Assembly (NCBI GenBank): GCA_965237805.1
Contig: OZ250153.1
Location: 672,001 to 736,000 of the forward strand
Direction: 5' to 3'
DNA length: 64,000 bases
Source: Gammaproteobacteria bacterium
Lineage (GTDB): Bacteria > Pseudomonadota > Gammaproteobacteria > JABABF01
Position numbers and translations under genes: made by a program. A model generated the notes under the pieces. The model was given only the letters and a program-made list of their open reading frames with translations, had not been told where the DNA came from and did no database searches. Each line of letters opens with the position of its first letter. Within the stretch, counting starts at the first letter, position 1. This document shows, one piece after another, positions 62,463 through 64,000 of this stretch.

Positions 62463-62506
62463 TTGCGCAGCTGACCCCGCCCAAAAGCACGGGGTCAGCT
62501 GCGCAA
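62463..62506 (-). promoter_or_regulatory. Perfect 17-bp hairpin in the S10 operon leader
   Basis: ttgcgcagctgaccccg (62463-62479) is the reverse complement of cggggtcagctgcgcaa (62490-62506). It lies between the promoter and the rpsJ start. Confidence 0.7.
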
Positions 62507-62539
62507 CAACTGATATCTGCCTGTTGTACTGAACCCCTT

Positions 62540-62569
62540 ATTGTATGACGACGCCAATGGCTCTGTCAA
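62540..62569 (-). promoter_or_regulatory. Sigma70 promoter of the S10 operon
   Basis: Minus strand TTGACA (62569-62564), 18 nt, TACAAT (62545-62540). Confidence 0.75.
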
Positions 62570-62610
62570 TCAATAAGCGCGATCACCAACACTGGCCAAG
62601 GCTTGCTAAA

Positions 62611-62759
62611 GGCCTAAAATCTCAGGCGCAAAGTGATCTCATGGCACCATGCGACCCGAGCCATCGCGCAGATCTTGCGAGCTTGCAATCGCGCAGCTGA
62701 TGATACCGGCCACCGGAGCAAACAACGGCCTAAAACCGTACTCCTACAGTGATCTCGTG
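62611..62759 (-). repeat. Imperfect 33-nt direct repeat of the beta-barrel gene 3' end
   Basis: 62727-62759 (HEITVGVRF*) versus 62611-62643 (HEITLRLRF*): 24/33 nt identical without gaps, including the stop and 3 nt beyond it. Confidence 0.65.
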
Positions 62760-63335
62760 CCCCCTGAAGGTATGGTAGCCATAGCCGACAACGAAGCGCC
62801 GAGGCGAGTAGTGCACCCCGACGCTATAGGCAAAATGCTTCTCGCTGTAGCTGGTGCGGCACTGGCCATTGCTGTCCAAAAAGACCGCGCAACCTTTTTC
62901 GAAATAATAGCCGCCGCCAGTGTAAGCGACCACTTGGCGGGTGAGCCCAGTGAAGTACAGCAGATCAAAACCGCGCACATAATCCCGCCGCCGACTGGTC
63001 GGCCCCAGACCCAGCGCCGCGCCTGCTAAGTCTCTTGCTACAACCTCGGTGAAATCCAAAGCCTCGTAGAACACGACCCCGACACCCTGCACCTGCACAC
63101 CAACAGAGACAGAGAGCGCTCCATCCAATTTGCCACCAATCCCGGCACCCAGCCACAGCGAGGCCTGAGATCGTGTCTGCGCGGTAGCCACCGGACTCGA
63201 TAAGGCCAGCACGGCCAGTGCTACCGCTGCCACCAGCCTACACGAGATGCTCCGAAGCAGTGCCATACTGCGCTCAGCCACCAGCATGCACGCCAATGCT
63301 ATCGGGCGGCTCGGCACCGACTCAGATGCCATCAT
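62730..63335 (-). CDS. Hypothetical outer-membrane beta-barrel protein
   Basis: Signal peptide (..AVALAVLALSSPVATA), alternating amphipathic strands (YTGGGYY, YSVGVHY, FVVGYGY), terminal Phe beta-signal. Start may be further downstream (MALLRS). Confidence 0.72.
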   Translation of the reverse strand: MMASESVPSRPIALACMLVAERSMALLRSISCRLVAAVALAVLALSSPVATAQTRSQASLWLGAGIGGKLDGALSVSVGVQVQGVGVVFYEALDFTEVVARDLAGAALGLGPTSRRRDYVRGFDLLYFTGLTRQVVAYTGGGYYFEKGCAVFLDSNGQCRTSYSEKHFAYSVGVHYSPRRFVVGYGYHTFRGHEITVGVRF

Positions 63336-63478
63336 GTATTGATCTCAAACATGGCCACAGCGGCTATCATAGCAGCTGCCATCGACACGGACGGCTTGCG
63401 GCGGCGGGGTCACACCGACTCGGTCACAGTACGAACCACCACTACCGCCAAGCCGCACGCCCCTAAACAGAATCGTAC

Positions 63479-64000
63479 TCAGCCGCCAGATTGGCGGATA
63501 ATCTCCTCACCGATGTTGTCTGGCACCTCGGCGTAGCGCTCAAATTCCATCGTGAAAGTCGCCCGCCCTTGGGAGGCCGAGCGCAGATCCGTGGCGTAGC
63601 CAAACATCTCTGCCAAGGGCACGACCGCCGTCACCACCTTGCCCATCTGGCTGTCCTCCATACCCTGCACCATGCCGCGGCGACGATTCAAATCGCCGAC
63701 CACATCGCCCATATAAGCCTCAGGTGTGACCACTTCGACCATCATGACAGGTTCCAGCAATACGGGATCTGCTTTGCGCGCCCCATCGCGCAGCGCTTGA
63801 GAACCAGCAATCTTGAAAGCGATCTCGCTCGAATCCACATCGTGGAAGGAACCATCGTAGAGCGACACCTTCAGCGCCAGCAGCGGATAGCCCGCCAAAA
63901 CACCGTTTTGCATCTGCTCGCGCACGCCTTTGTCAACTGCTGGAATGTACTCGCGTGGCACCACGCCGCCGACGATCTCGTTGACAAACTCGTACTCGGA
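63479..64000 (-). CDS. fusA: Elongation factor G, C-terminal part (runs off the window)
   Basis: [39 protein letters not shown]. Confidence 0.98.
   Translation of the reverse strand, partial: SEYEFVNEIVGGVVPREYIPAVDKGVREQMQNGVLAGYPLLALKVSLYDGSFHDVDSSEIAFKIAGSQALRDGARKADPVLLEPVMMVEVVTPEAYMGDVVGDLNRRRGMVQGMEDSQMGKVVTAVVPLAEMFGYATDLRSASQGRATFTMEFERYAEVPDNIGEEIIRQSGG

Noticed and set aside
63400-63460. GGTGGT-T-CGTACTGTG after fusA, resembling the EF-Tu C-terminal GGRTV
   Set aside because: The match is very short, needs a gap and has no flanking similarity, so it cannot be told from chance.

Overview
This is a GC-rich (roughly 60-65% by eye) bacterial chromosome segment, most likely from a Gammaproteobacterium. 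Gene order resembles Pseudomonadales/Cellvibrionales: uvrA-MFS-ssb; aspS-yebC-ruvCAB-ybgC-tolQRAB-pal-cpoB-queE-queC-tRNA-Lys-nadA; and the S10/spc/alpha ribosomal superoperon. The left ~20 kb is accessory. It holds a decayed low-GC island (M48 protease with an altered zinc motif, a C5-methyltransferase pseudogene and an ATPase-like stub), lipid/sterol-type catabolic genes, an FkbM methyltransferase and a tandem sulfatase pair. The most unusual observations: (1) tufA is absent between fusA and rpsJ, replaced by an orphan outer-membrane beta-barrel gene plus a second copy of its C-terminal beta-signal; (2) a small two-helix membrane ORF is inserted between rplF and rplR; (3) tolB is split at a G8 tract and ybgC is a pseudogene; (4) one sulfatase paralogue has CSPSL instead of CxPxR; (5) RpoA and several ribosomal proteins carry insertions or extensions. 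Together these suggest a fast-evolving, possibly host-associated lineage (inference). No CRISPR array, rRNA, integrase or transposase was seen. All family calls come from motif recognition by eye, not database searches, and several start codons are estimates.
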